Of a stretch of 64,000 nucleotides of DNA, positions 47,368-58,174 are shown piece by piece. Source of the DNA: Blepharisma stoltei ATCC 30299 (taxonomy: Eukaryota > Protista > Ciliophora); contig CBFDEM010000045.1 in the NCBI GenBank assembly GCA_965603825.1, positions 186,001-250,000 of the forward strand, in the 5' to 3' direction. A model generated the notes under the pieces. That model was given only the letters and a program-made list of their open reading frames with translations, did no database searches and was not told the DNA's origin. A program made the translations under genes and the position numbers. The first letter of the stretch is position 1. Each line of letters opens with the position of its first letter.

Positions 47368-50346
47368 TTAGTTTTGGTGGACTGCTGAGCCGACAGGTGC
47401 ATAGGAAGCAAATTGTCCTGAACCCATTGGCATCGCATTGTAAGGCTGAATTTGGGGAGATAGGCCTTCGAATTTCTTGGCATTCTTGTAGAGCTTTTTC
47501 GCACATATAATGCAAAACGCAAAAACTGCGAAAATGCAGAGAGTTGTCATGGCAAGGCCTGGAATCATGTGGGATTTGAATTCTCTTTCGTCTATTTCAC
47601 CGTCTTCATCTCCTTCACCACTTTCTTCATGTCTATCCCTTTTTTGTTTTTCATGATCTCCATTTTTATTATGCTCAGCATTTTCAGGTCTCTCTGAAGA
47701 GTCTTGGCCACCGTTATGGTTTCCATTGTGTTTGCCTTGTAAGCTTCCGTTGCTTTCTCTGTAGTGGCTACCATCCCTATCATTTCTTTCTTCTCCTTCT
47801 CCTCTGTTAGGGTGATTTCTTTCTTCATTATGGCTACCTCTTCTGTCATTTTGGTCTCTATTTGTGTGAGATCTTTCATTTTCTTCTACTTCGTCTTCAG
47901 GATATTGGCCTTTATTAGGATGATTTCTTCCTCTATTTCCTTGTCTTTCATCTCTTTCTCCATCGAAATCACGATCTCTTTCATTTTCATCTTCACGACC
48001 TCTTTCCCTTCTTTCTCCACCAAAAATATTTTCTCTTTCATCCTCAGGGCGATCTCGGTGGCCTCTTTGACCTCTTTCGCTTCTTTCTCCTTCAAATTCA
48101 TTTTCTCTTTCATCTTCAGGGCGATCTCGGTGGTCTCTTTGACCTCTTCTGTTTCTTTCTCCTTCAAATTCACGATCTCCTTCTTCTTCAGGACGATCTC
48201 TGTGATCTCTTTGAAGTCTTTCATTTTCTTCTCCTTCGAATTCATGACCTCTTTCACCTTCTTCCTCAAGACGATCTCTATGACCTCTTTGGCCCCTTCC
48301 ATTTTCTTCTCCTTCGAATTCGTGACCTCTTTCACCTTCTTCCTCAGGACGATCTCTATGGCTTCTTCCATTTTCTTTTTCATCGAATTCGCGATCCTCT
48401 TCCTCAGGGTGATCTCTATGACCTCTTTGATCTCTTTCATTTCTTTCTCCTTCAAATTCATTTTCCCTTTCTTCATAATGATCTCTGTGACCTCTTTGAT
48501 CTCTTCTGTTTTCTTCTCTTTCAAATTCACCATCCTCTTCTCTTTCTTCATCAGGATGATGGTTCCTTTGATGTCTTCTATTTCTTTTTCCTTCAAATTT
48601 TCCATCTCTTTCTCTTTCTTCATCAGGATGGTCTCTGTGGCCTCTTTGACGTCTTCCATTTCTTTTTTCATCAAAGTCTCTATCTCTTTCTTCTTGAGGG
48701 GCTTGATCTCTTTCTTCTTCAAAGCTACCTTCTCTTTCATCTTCACGTGGAGGCTGTTGATGATGTCTCCTTGAGCGTCCTTCTTGGTCTTCCTCTAATG
48801 GCTTATGGGATTTTTTGCCTTTGCATCCTGATTTTTTACCTTTGTGGTGAGGTGGTTGGGGAAATTCACCATTTTCTTCTGATTCTATTTCATTTTCTTG
48901 TGGTCTATTAGCTTCTGAAGATGAATTATTAAGCTTTTCTTCTTCCTCCTTCTCTTCTTCATCTTCTGGTGGTGGAGGTGGGAAATCTTCTTCCTCTTCA
49001 TCTTCTGGAGGTGGATGTGGGAAATCTTCATCTTCATCCTCTGGATGTGGATGTGGGAAATCTTCATCTTCATCCTCTGGAGGTGGAGGAGGATGCCTGG
49101 AGCCTTTTCCTCTATGTCTATTTCCATGATGAGGTGGAGGTGGAGGCGGGAAATCTTCATCTTCATCTTCTTGCTCATCATGCATTGGTGGACGAGACTT
49201 TTCTCCTCTATGTCCAGACTTCTTTTCTCTATGGTGTGATTGTGACTCAGCCTCTCCCTCAGGTGTTTCTCTATCTTCAGCTGGGTCAAATTCTTCTTCC
49301 TCTTCATGTTCTTCTGGAGGATTAAATTCTTCTTCCTCTTCATTGTCTTCAGGAGGTGGAGGAGGATGCCTAGAGCCTTTGCCTTTATGTCCATGTCTAT
49401 TGCCATGATGAGGTGGAGGCGGGTTAGAGTCTTCTTCTTGTTCATCATGTGGGGGGTGAGAGTCATTTTCTTCACCATCTTCTGGAGGACGTGGGAAATC
49501 TTCTTCTTCATCTTGTTCTGCATTAGGAGGATTATTGTGGTTTGGTGCATTATCATTTCTTTGGCCTGATTTATTGTCTTGTTCCCTTTCAGGTGGAGTT
49601 GGTCTGTTATCTTTATTGTCTTTTGGGTATAAGTTTTGACTCTCCTGAATCTTAGTTTCATAGTCTTCATTAGGGTTTTTACCTTGATAGCCTCTATGGC
49701 CTTCTTTATCTCTTGGCTCTCTATTTTCTGACTCTCTTGAAGACTCATGACTATCATAAGGCTTCTTGCCTTCTGGTCCTTCTTTGTCCTCATCTGCATA
49801 GTTTTCTTCATTTCTTCTGCTTACATTTCCTAAGAAGCAAAAGCTATATAATAATGTAGCAACAATTAAAAATATGGCTAAAATCGTAACAGCCTTTAAG
49901 TACTTTTTAGCAGACAAAGAGTCTCTTTTTTTGCCAGCTCTCAAGCCAAATATTGAAGTCCCCATAAGCGAGAAGTCAACAATAGCTTTGAAAATGAGAA
50001 TAGAAGTAGTTGGCTGAAATTGGTGATGAGCTCCATTTAGATCGTCACTAGGAGTTACAAATTTGAATAAAGTCAAACTGATGTCAAAGACAGCTATGCC
50101 TAGCATTAGGAATGAGGTTATTCTTACCCACTTTGCCCATTTGTCCCTTAGCTTCTTGACTTTGTGGAATTTTGGGTTAGGGATTGGAGCAAGAACTTGA
50201 GGAGCCTGAATAGGTTGAGACTGTATAGGAGGAGGAGCACTTGGTAGAGGCCCTAAGGATGCGTATTGTAATCGCCCATCAGATCCTTGCTGGATATAGT
50301 TTTGGGGTTGTGGTCTTGCAAAGTATTGCCTTTCTTGATTTTCCAT
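47368..50346 (-). CDS. Four-TM membrane protein with ~750-aa charged repeat loop between TM3 and TM4 (992 aa; ATG at 50346)
   Basis: Three N-terminal hydrophobic helices, one C-terminal helix, long E/D/R/H/P repeat insert; paralog of 51162-52673. Confidence 0.88.
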   Translation of the reverse strand: MENQERQYFARPQPQNYIQQGSDGRLQYASLGPLPSAPPPIQSQPIQAPQVLAPIPNPKFHKVKKLRDKWAKWVRITSFLMLGIAVFDISLTLFKFVTPSDDLNGAHHQFQPTTSILIFKAIVDFSLMGTSIFGLRAGKKRDSLSAKKYLKAVTILAIFLIVATLLYSFCFLGNVSRRNEENYADEDKEGPEGKKPYDSHESSRESENREPRDKEGHRGYQGKNPNEDYETKIQESQNLYPKDNKDNRPTPPEREQDNKSGQRNDNAPNHNNPPNAEQDEEEDFPRPPEDGEENDSHPPHDEQEEDSNPPPPHHGNRHGHKGKGSRHPPPPPEDNEEEEEFNPPEEHEEEEEFDPAEDRETPEGEAESQSHHREKKSGHRGEKSRPPMHDEQEDEDEDFPPPPPPHHGNRHRGKGSRHPPPPPEDEDEDFPHPHPEDEDEDFPHPPPEDEEEEDFPPPPPEDEEEKEEEEKLNNSSSEANRPQENEIESEENGEFPQPPHHKGKKSGCKGKKSHKPLEEDQEGRSRRHHQQPPREDEREGSFEEERDQAPQEERDRDFDEKRNGRRQRGHRDHPDEERERDGKFEGKRNRRHQRNHHPDEEREEDGEFEREENRRDQRGHRDHYEERENEFEGERNERDQRGHRDHPEEEDREFDEKENGRSHRDRPEEEGERGHEFEGEENGRGQRGHRDRLEEEGERGHEFEGEENERLQRDHRDRPEEEGDREFEGERNRRGQRDHRDRPEDERENEFEGERSERGQRGHRDRPEDERENIFGGERRERGREDENERDRDFDGERDERQGNRGRNHPNKGQYPEDEVEENERSHTNRDQNDRRGSHNEERNHPNRGEGEERNDRDGSHYRESNGSLQGKHNGNHNGGQDSSERPENAEHNKNGDHEKQKRDRHEESGEGDEDGEIDEREFKSHMIPGLAMTTLCIFAVFAFCIICAKKLYKNAKKFEGLSPQIQPYNAMPMGSGQFASYAPVGSAVHQN
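47950..48720 (-). repeat. Coding tandem repeat, ~10 degenerate units of ~22-25 aa (EFEGERNxRxQRGHRDRPEEE)
   Basis: Recurring ccttcaaattca / gacgatctct / tgacctctttg motifs on + strand. Confidence 0.9.
48950..49520 (-). repeat. Coding Pro/His/acidic repeats (EDEDFPHPPP; duplicated PPPPHHGNRH..KGSRHPPPPPED block)
   Basis: Seen in translation and as repeated gggaaatcttcatcttcatcctctgga. Confidence 0.85.
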
Positions 50347-51161
50347 ATACAATATATTATTATTAAAGGATTTTTTTTATGGTTTCATATCAATGTTGAA
50401 AGAAAATTTAAATCGAAAAACGAAAAATTGCATTGATTATTGCTTTCAGAGGATGTTTTTCAACTTTTTTTTGAATAATTTTTAAGCAAAAAAATTTGTA
50501 ACGTCTTCGGAGATTGATAAAATGGTCCTGTTTTATTCAGTAAGGAACATAATGGAATTAGCACACACTTTTTACGAAGAAACAGCTTATATAAATATAT
50601 CCCAATATTATGATTTAAAAAAAGTGAACTCCTATAAAATAAAGCACTCATTAGAGCAATAAAACTACTCAAACTTAAGCTATAGCAATTAAAAATATTT
50701 TTAAAATAATTTTTCAAAAAATTAACCAGCATTCACACTTAAATTCTTTATTTAATAATTTATTTTGATAAGAAAGAATAGAGAGTCAAAAACATTATTT
50801 AAGATTATTTAGAATAATTATTTAGCTAAAAAACGAATTTTTAGAGTAGATTTTTAATATATATATTCTCATTGTGTTCTATATTAGATATTTATTCAAT
50901 TTAAACTCTATTTAGATAAATTAAAAATCGATCTAAATGCTTAGCATTAAAAATTTTGTCATATAGTTAATATTAGGCTAATTGAATAAACTTCTAATTG
51001 GTAGTTCTTGTTAAAGTTTTGGTAGGCCAATTTCGATTTTAAAGTACTGCAAAACTGTTTGAGATTTCAATAGGCATCAAAAATAAATATTAAAATTGAA
51101 AATTTATACTTATATGAAAATTGAACATTTTAATCAAAAATTTATGCAATAATAGTTATTA

Positions 51162-52673
51162 TTAGTGCTGATTCATTATTGATCCAACTGGAGCAAATAC
51201 AGGATACTGTGCTTGAGCGCTCATAGGAACTGAACTGAATGATTGCATTACATATGGCTGACCTATCATAGGCTGAATAAAATCTTGGGGAGCAGGCACT
51301 TGCTGTGATGTTAAAACTTCATATTTCTTAGAAGATTTGTAAAGATTTCTGGCACATACAATGTTACATGCACAAAGACCTGCTGTGCACAAAACATTTA
51401 TCAGCATGCATATAATGATGATTGATTTAAAACTGACATCGTGATGATTCCTATTACCGCCATACATAGCATCGGTATCTTCGCTGTCGTAGTATGTATT
51501 CCCATCATAAATTTTCCCACCCATCCCTTCGTTTATTTCTTTATTGTGTTTTCTTCTATGATTTTTTCTTTTTTTAGCCTCGTCTCTATCATCTCTATCA
51601 TCTTTGTCATCTTTGTCATCTTTGTCATCTTTGTCTCTATGATATCGTGCTCTTTTTTCATGCTTATTATGCTTTTTTTCTTCTTTGGAATGCAAAAATC
51701 TGTTTCCATTCTTATTTTCATTGTTTTCTTCTTCAGGATCGGCTTGATGGCCTTCAGCATGTCCTCCTCCTATAAAAGAAAGTTGTCTGTTTTTATTTTG
51801 ATTTTTCTTATCCTCTTCTTCCGAAACTTCTTTTTCCTTTTCTTCTTTATCAATTGAGCCGTTTTCATTATAATCTTCACTCTTCGGAGAAGCAGAAAAT
51901 TGGTCTTGCTTAACCTCCATGGGTTTATTCTCACTAATTGAATGAGCTTCAGTATCTCTTGAAGTAGGTTCATTACTTTGATTAACCTTATTATAATAAA
52001 TCGAGTTTTGAGTACCATAATCTGTTGGGTTTTTCTTTTGTTCTGTTTCATTAACTTCGTATGCATCTGAGGAGTCATCAATTTCAGGCCCTCCAAATTC
52101 CCAATCTTGAAAAGGTGCTGGCTCAAATCTATCTCTGCTTTCTTTTTCTACTTTATTTGCCATTACAAAGCTACAAATGATTGTTGAAGCAATTAAGAAA
52201 ATAGCTAGCAATGTCAAAGCTCTTAAATATTTTTTTGCTGATAGTGAGTCTTTTTTCTTGCTTGCTTTAAAACCGAGCATAGATGTGCCAATCAGAGCTA
52301 AATCAGCGACTGCTTTAATTATAATGTCACAAGCTGACAGTCTTAATTGATTCTGATTTGGGTCATGAAATTGATTTGAGTTAGCATATGTAAGTAGTGC
52401 CATTGAAAAATCAAGGATTGCTAAGAAAAGCATTAAATATGAGGCTACTTCGACCCATTTAGCCCACTTGTCTCGGCGTTTTTTGACTTCATAGAGTTCT
52501 GGATGCATAATTGGTGCGGAAAGCTGAAATCGCTGCCCAGGGTGCATCATCTGATGGGGTAGGTATGCTCCATTTGAATAAGATCCTAACGGAGCATACC
52601 GTGGTCTCTCATCAGAACCTGATCGAATGAAATGCTGAGGTTGTGGCTGAGCAAAAAATTGCTGATTGTCCAT
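51162..52673 (-). CDS. Four-TM membrane protein with ~270-aa charged loop (503 aa); tandem paralog of 47368-50346
   Basis: Shared FAxPQPQ..SDxR.xYAxLG, VKKxRDKWAKWV, IxKAxxD, KKxDSLSAKKYLxAxTxLAIFLI, AxxLYKxxKKxE, APVGS. Confidence 0.9.
   Translation of the reverse strand: MDNQQFFAQPQPQHFIRSGSDERPRYAPLGSYSNGAYLPHQMMHPGQRFQLSAPIMHPELYEVKKRRDKWAKWVEVASYLMLFLAILDFSMALLTYANSNQFHDPNQNQLRLSACDIIIKAVADLALIGTSMLGFKASKKKDSLSAKKYLRALTLLAIFLIASTIICSFVMANKVEKESRDRFEPAPFQDWEFGGPEIDDSSDAYEVNETEQKKNPTDYGTQNSIYYNKVNQSNEPTSRDTEAHSISENKPMEVKQDQFSASPKSEDYNENGSIDKEEKEKEVSEEEDKKNQNKNRQLSFIGGGHAEGHQADPEEENNENKNGNRFLHSKEEKKHNKHEKRARYHRDKDDKDDKDDKDDRDDRDEAKKRKNHRRKHNKEINEGMGGKIYDGNTYYDSEDTDAMYGGNRNHHDVSFKSIIIICMLINVLCTAGLCACNIVCARNLYKSSKKYEVLTSQQVPAPQDFIQPMIGQPYVMQSFSSVPMSAQAQYPVFAPVGSIMNQH
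51580..51638 (-). repeat. 9-nt coding microsatellite (DKD/DRD)n
   Basis: (tctttgtca)x4 plus (tctctatca)x2 on + strand. Confidence 0.85.
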
Positions 52674-53082
52674 AATAGAAATTTTATTATAACAGATTCT
52701 TTTTAGTGAGGAATATGAATATTATTTTAAAAGCGTAGTGAAATATGCAGAAGATAATGCAAAATAATTAAGCTCTGAAACTTTTAAAGTATCTCTCCTA
52801 TCCATTTTAAATACTTTGTTGATTTTAAAAAATGAAACCCCACCTTTCCAAAAATGACGATATATTTCCAGTATGAGTCACTCTTAACTATGGAAAAAGA
52901 TAATCCTTTAACTCAAGAATAATCAGTCAAATATTTCCATCAATACGATTTTTTCATGTTTTTACAAAGAGATTGTGAATATTAAAAGCATTTATGTTTA
53001 TTTAAAGCATAATTCTTATTTAATGGGCTTTATGCTCTTTATGATACATCTCTAGCACACAAAGATTCCATACAAACAGAAA

Positions 53083-53910
53083 ATGGCAAACAATGAATTT
53101 TCTAGGGGTCTTACTGAAAAAAGGCACCTCTACACCCCAATTCATAGAAGGACGCATTCCACTAATATAGAAAGCGTTAAAGGAATAATATCATTACAAA
53201 ACCATCGTCGCACCCTTTCAAATACCCCTCAAGAGTTCAGTCCCATTCAAAATCCTCAGCAAATCCAAAATTCTTTAAGAAAACCTTTAAATGTTGAGCC
53301 TTACAGAGAGCCTCTAACCCCTGACTCCTTAAATTCTCCAGCTTCCTCTTGTTCATCTCAGCCTAAAAAGATTAACAAAAAAGGATTTATCGGCTTATTA
53401 GATGCAGCAATCACTTACTTCAACCAAGAGCCTCAGATTCAAATCCCAGCTCCCAACAATGAGATTATAGAAATGAAAAAAGAAATAAGAAGACTTACAG
53501 AAAGACAATTAGAAATAGAAAAAGCTAATGAGCAATTGCTAAAAGATTACTCAATGATGAAGGCAGCCTTAGAAGAGCAGAAATCTAAAAAAGAAAATTA
53601 CGAAAAGCATATCCAGTCTCTACAAAACTACACACAAGAACTAGAAAACGGTGTAAAAAAAATCCAAATTGAGCTGAAAAATGAACAGAAAAAAAACGAG
53701 CAGATGAGAATGGCAATAAATGTAAATGAAAGCCAAGCCAATGAAAGGAGGCTGCTAGGGAGAGTGCCTGTATGGGAAGACGAAGGAAAAAAGAGGGGAA
53801 AAGAAGAAAGCTTGAGGGTGGATAAACCTTCACCAACACCTATTATGTACAAGCCGATTTCCCAAAGAGGAATGAAGGAAGAAAAAAGAAGATCAATGGG
53901 GTTTACTTAA
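53083..53910 (+). CDS. Hypothetical coiled-coil protein (275 aa)
   Basis: Open ATG..TAA frame; central heptads. Confidence 0.75.
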   Translation: MANNEFSRGLTEKRHLYTPIHRRTHSTNIESVKGIISLQNHRRTLSNTPQEFSPIQNPQQIQNSLRKPLNVEPYREPLTPDSLNSPASSCSSQPKKINKKGFIGLLDAAITYFNQEPQIQIPAPNNEIIEMKKEIRRLTERQLEIEKANEQLLKDYSMMKAALEEQKSKKENYEKHIQSLQNYTQELENGVKKIQIELKNEQKKNEQMRMAINVNESQANERRLLGRVPVWEDEGKKRGKEESLRVDKPSPTPIMYKPISQRGMKEEKRRSMGFT

Positions 53911-53973
53911 TACTTTAGTTTAACATGTATTCTTATGAAAGAAATAGAATATTGTCAAAAATGCTACAGTTAA

Positions 53974-54615
53974 TTAACAACAGCTAGAATAATTTGAAAT
54001 CCTTCGGCTATAATCTGCAAGCATAAGCTTTATTTCTCGGTTGCATGTTAATTTCCTTGCTTTCGATATATCTTGCTTTTTTCACTTCCCAAAATTCAAT
54101 AAAACTTCGACAGCTTTTATATTCCCCCACCTGCATGCAACCTCCAAGCAAGATTCCATTTCATTATCGCCTACTTCACTTTTTATCAGTGGATTCGCCC
54201 CAAATTCGATTAAACACCTAATTACATTTGGATACCCGTTCAAAGCCGCTTCATAAAGCGGCGTCCTTCCTACCACGTTTCTTTTATTTAAAAAAGATAA
54301 TTCACTTGTCGGGTTTACAAGAAACTTTTTAGGGTCATTATAAACAAGTTTTTCAATAGCATCAAGATCAGATTTACTGCCGCGTCTGATGTGCTCGAAT
54401 AAACTTTCTCTTCGCTTGTGTTCTAAAATTGCTTCATATGAAGGATTTCCAGATATAAAAGTAGATGACGCATTGCTCTCAGGGCAATGCACTATTTCGT
54501 CGATTAATTCATCAATATTAGAAACCACGTTTGCGATGCCTGATTCTTTGAATAAATGAACTGCTTCAATTGCATTTCCTATAGATTTCCATCGCCGCTT
54601 GGCACTGTATTCCAT
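53974..54615 (-). CDS. Ankyrin-repeat protein with N-terminal calmodulin-binding-like helix and C-terminal CC (213 aa); TGA=Trp at 54082
   Basis: GRTPLYEAALNGYPNVIRCLIEFGAN ankyrin; frame extends through TGA to ...YSSCC TAA. Confidence 0.85.
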
Positions 54616-54999
54616 TTCTTATGATTTAATTAATTCTTAAAAAAATAGACTCTGATCTTATTGTAAAATAGTTTTATATATTCTTTTTGAATTGGTAGTA
54701 TTTAAACTCTCACTCAAAATATTATTCTTTTTAAAAATTTTGGCTATTAAAATCTATTATTTTTTATATATAATAAATCGATCATTTCCAGTTATGAAGT
54801 TTTGGGATATAATTTGGAATAATTTAATTTCATTTTTATTTATTATCAATAATTAAATAAGATCGGATATGTATCAGTTATGCTTTTTTTATGAAGCCTT
54901 AGTAAATCTTTAAATGTCATTATTTTTTCTATACGTTAAATTAGCATTTTATAAATAACGCTATTGATAAAGTTGGCAGTTGATAAAATAATTAAGATA

Positions 55000-57006
55000 A
55001 TGCAAAAATCAAAAGACAAATCATTTTCCCGATCTTCAATAAATTCAGCAGCTCACCAAGTTTTAGTTGCATCTCCCATACTAAGAGATTTCACGCCAGA
55101 TAAAATCTCAAGAGCTAATGGGAACACTTTGCAACAGCAAATAGAAAAATTAATAAAAGAAAACCAAGAAAAAGATCAGATCATTATATCTCTACAAAGG
55201 AATTATGAAGGGGTCAGCAAGATTTTTAAAGAAGAAAAAGGGAAAACATATGAAAGCAATGACAAAATAATTATTTTGGAAGGCGAAAATTCAATGCTAC
55301 AAGCCAAAGTTCAGATTTTAGAAACACAGAAATTCAGCATTACGAGAGAGCTTGATAAAGCCTTAGAAGACCTTGATAAGCTAAACAAATGCTATGAAGA
55401 AATAAGAATAATAAAAATTGAAAACCAGACTCTAAAAGGGCTAATTGAGAATAGAGTAATATTGATATAGAAAAATGATATCGAAGAAGTTCAAAGAAAA
55501 TGCGACATAGCTAAAGGAGAGGCTGATGCTTTGAAAAAGGTGAAAACTGATTTAGAGTCTTCTTTAAAGAAAACTAAATCAGATTTTGATGAACTTCTAC
55601 AGGAAAAAAACAAAATATTAGAAGAGTTAAATAGCCTAAAACAAATCAATGAAGATTTAACACACAGCAGCAAAACAAAATATGAGACTATTGAAAGACT
55701 AAAAACAGAAAACGCAACCTATAAAGCTAGAGAGCATCAGCTATTGATTCAAATTTCAAATCTTAAAGAAAAGATTAATGAAGAAAAAGAATCACATATA
55801 ACAGCAAGAGGAAAAATTTCAGAATTAAGCTCAGCATATCGTGAGCTTCAGGAGCAATTACTTATTAAAGAAACTTTATTTAAAGCTCAGAAAAATTCAG
55901 CAGAAAAAATTTCTGAATTGGAAGAGATTATAGCCAAAAAAGATTCTGAAATAGAAAATTTATTGAAAGAAAATGAAAACCTTCAATATTTGCACCAAAA
56001 AGGCGCAAACGATTCAAGCAGGATTAGTAGAGAATCTTTGGATATTAAAATGGAATATGAAAATTATAAAGCAAATATTGAAAGTCAAAATCAATTAAGC
56101 AGTGAAAAAGTCAATAGCATTATCAAAATATTTATGAAAACTGAAATTCAATGCAGAGACCTAGAAATGGAAATAGATATTCTGCCAAAAGATGAGGAAA
56201 GAAGATACATGGACATTGGAATTTTGAATGGAGAATTAGGAAATAGGCTAAATTATTTGCATAATCAAGCAGATGAGCTGTGCAAAGACAAAATTTTGCT
56301 TCTTAATGAATTAAAAAATTCACCAAAAGGAAATTTCATATCTCAGGATTTATATGATCTAACAAATAAGCATAAAAATGAAATAGAAACAAAGCTTAAA
56401 GATGCGGAGGAAAAGATTGAAAGCTTAAATCACGAGCTTTTATTTGCAAAAAGAAAAGCAAAACAAGCTGAGCATTTTATTGAAAAGAAAGACAGCATGA
56501 TTGCGTCTTTAAAAGAGACAAATGAAAAACTTGAATTGGATCTCAATGAATACCGTAACAAAATTGAAGAGTTAAATAAGGAATTAAATCAAAAAAATAA
56601 AGACTTTGAGCCGCTTGTTAGAAAACTAAAGAAAAAAGTCGAAAAAATGGCAAATTTAAAAGCTGAGCTGAGCGTGTTAAACCCAAGACTTCCTAGTCTT
56701 AATGAAGAACTTGCTAAAATAAAGGCAGTTTTAAGCAGCCGCAATGCTGATATATTAAGCCTAAATTCAAAAATCAAATCTCTAAATGAACAGATTTTCG
56801 AAGAGCAAAAAGCTCAAGCTCAGTTACAGAGGGATCTTGCAGCTAAATCTGCAGAAATCGCATTATATTATCGTAAGAGCAGAAAAAAGCCTAGTGGAGT
56901 AGTTGAAAGCACAACAGAAATTTTAGATAGAATAGAGTACTTAAAAGATGAATTAGACAAATACAAGCCTTCCAAAACTGAAGAAAATAAAACTAGAAGC
57001 CCTTAA
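55000..57006 (+). CDS. Long coiled-coil protein (~663 aa); intron 55456-55470
   Basis: Two ORFs joined by removal of a 15-nt intron; E/K/L heptads throughout. Confidence 0.82.
55456..55470 (+). other. 15-nt intron GTAATATTGATATAG
   Basis: In-frame TAG; matches intron consensus; removal fuses coiled-coil ORFs. Confidence 0.85.
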
Positions 57007-57208
57007 AGTGTCTTCTTAAAAATTAATGTAAATTATATCAATAATATTTACCTACTAATAATTGAATTCATGATGAATTGTTTAATTTGGCAAATATGAA
57101 CTTATTAATATTTCCCTGAAATAATTGTAGAGGTTAAGATTATTATATTTAAAATATAAAACATTTTTAACAATAAATTTAATCAAATGTCATTATTATT
57201 TATTATAA

Positions 57209-57826
57209 ATGGAAAACTCAAAAAACTCTTTAAATAACCACAATCTCTTAGAATCTAGCAATGAAGAAGTAAAAATAGGCAACGGATCCAGCCACAACCA
57301 TATATTTCACTCCAATGGATTTCATAGCCATCTTGAACCTACTTCAAGAGAAGAGCTAAAAGTTACAATTCCTTCTAGATCACAACAAAATAATGCAAAA
57401 TCATCTAAATGCAAAAAATTTGACATTTCTGATTTAAAAAAAGACCCAGAATTGTATAAAAGAATACTAGAAGAAGCAATACGTATTGAAAAAAATAATA
57501 ACAAATCATGGATTTATGAGCTGAATTTTCAAATCCAATATCCGACTGCGTTTGGTGAAAAGTTGTTAATCGTTGGAAGTCAAGAGTTTTTAGGAAATTG
57601 GGATATAGCGAATGGACTAGAGCTTAAATGAAATCCAGGAAGTATTTGGGAAGCGTCTATTCCTATCGCAAAAGGACAAATGTCTGACTTTGAATATAAA
57701 TATGTACACATGAAAGGAGATGATATAGTTTGGGAAGGAGGAGACAATAGAGTTTTGAAGGTTTCCGATGGAAAGCCAAAAGGATCTAGCATGATTTATA
57801 ATCTGCAAGACAAATGGCAAAAATAA
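57209..57826 (+). CDS. CBM20 starch/glycogen-binding domain protein (205 aa); TGA=Trp at 57629
   Basis: TAFGEKLLIVGSQEFLGNWD..GLELK(W)NPGSIW...FEYKYV...VWEGGDNR. Confidence 0.92.
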
Positions 57827-58174
57827 TTTAAATTTTAATTTTGTGAAAATGAAATGTCTAAATAATAATATTTATAAGCACATAATTCAAAGACTCAAAG
57901 AGTAAAAACGATTTATTATATACATTAATTTAAGTGAATTAAATATAATCTAATATATAATGCATGATTATCAGAATGGTTTTCATGCCAAATTTCACAA
58001 GCCTAATCATACTTGAACCAAAGTATAAAAATAATTATATAATCATCTGCAGTTAACATAGAATAATTATTTTTGTAATTATTTCAAACTTTCAAGCTCA
58101 ACATTCTCTTATAAAATTATAAATCAAATTGTCATTTTGCTTTTATACATTCTGATTTTAAGCTAATTATAAAT

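Noticed and set aside
47592-49811. Long alternative-frame and antisense ORFs (336, 308, 286 aa) over the repeat gene
   Set aside because: By-products of a low-complexity purine-rich repeat lacking stops in other frames; the same occurs at 51441-52126
50347-51161. Long AT-rich spacers (also 2290-2865, 38050-38640) as retained IESs or MITEs
   Set aside because: No terminal inverted repeats or transposase seen and no gene is interrupted; cannot be called without a MAC/MIC comparison
57066-57123. Possible C/D snoRNA (ATGATGA...CTGA)
   Set aside because: Short and AT-rich, and I found no antisense match to the rRNA in this window
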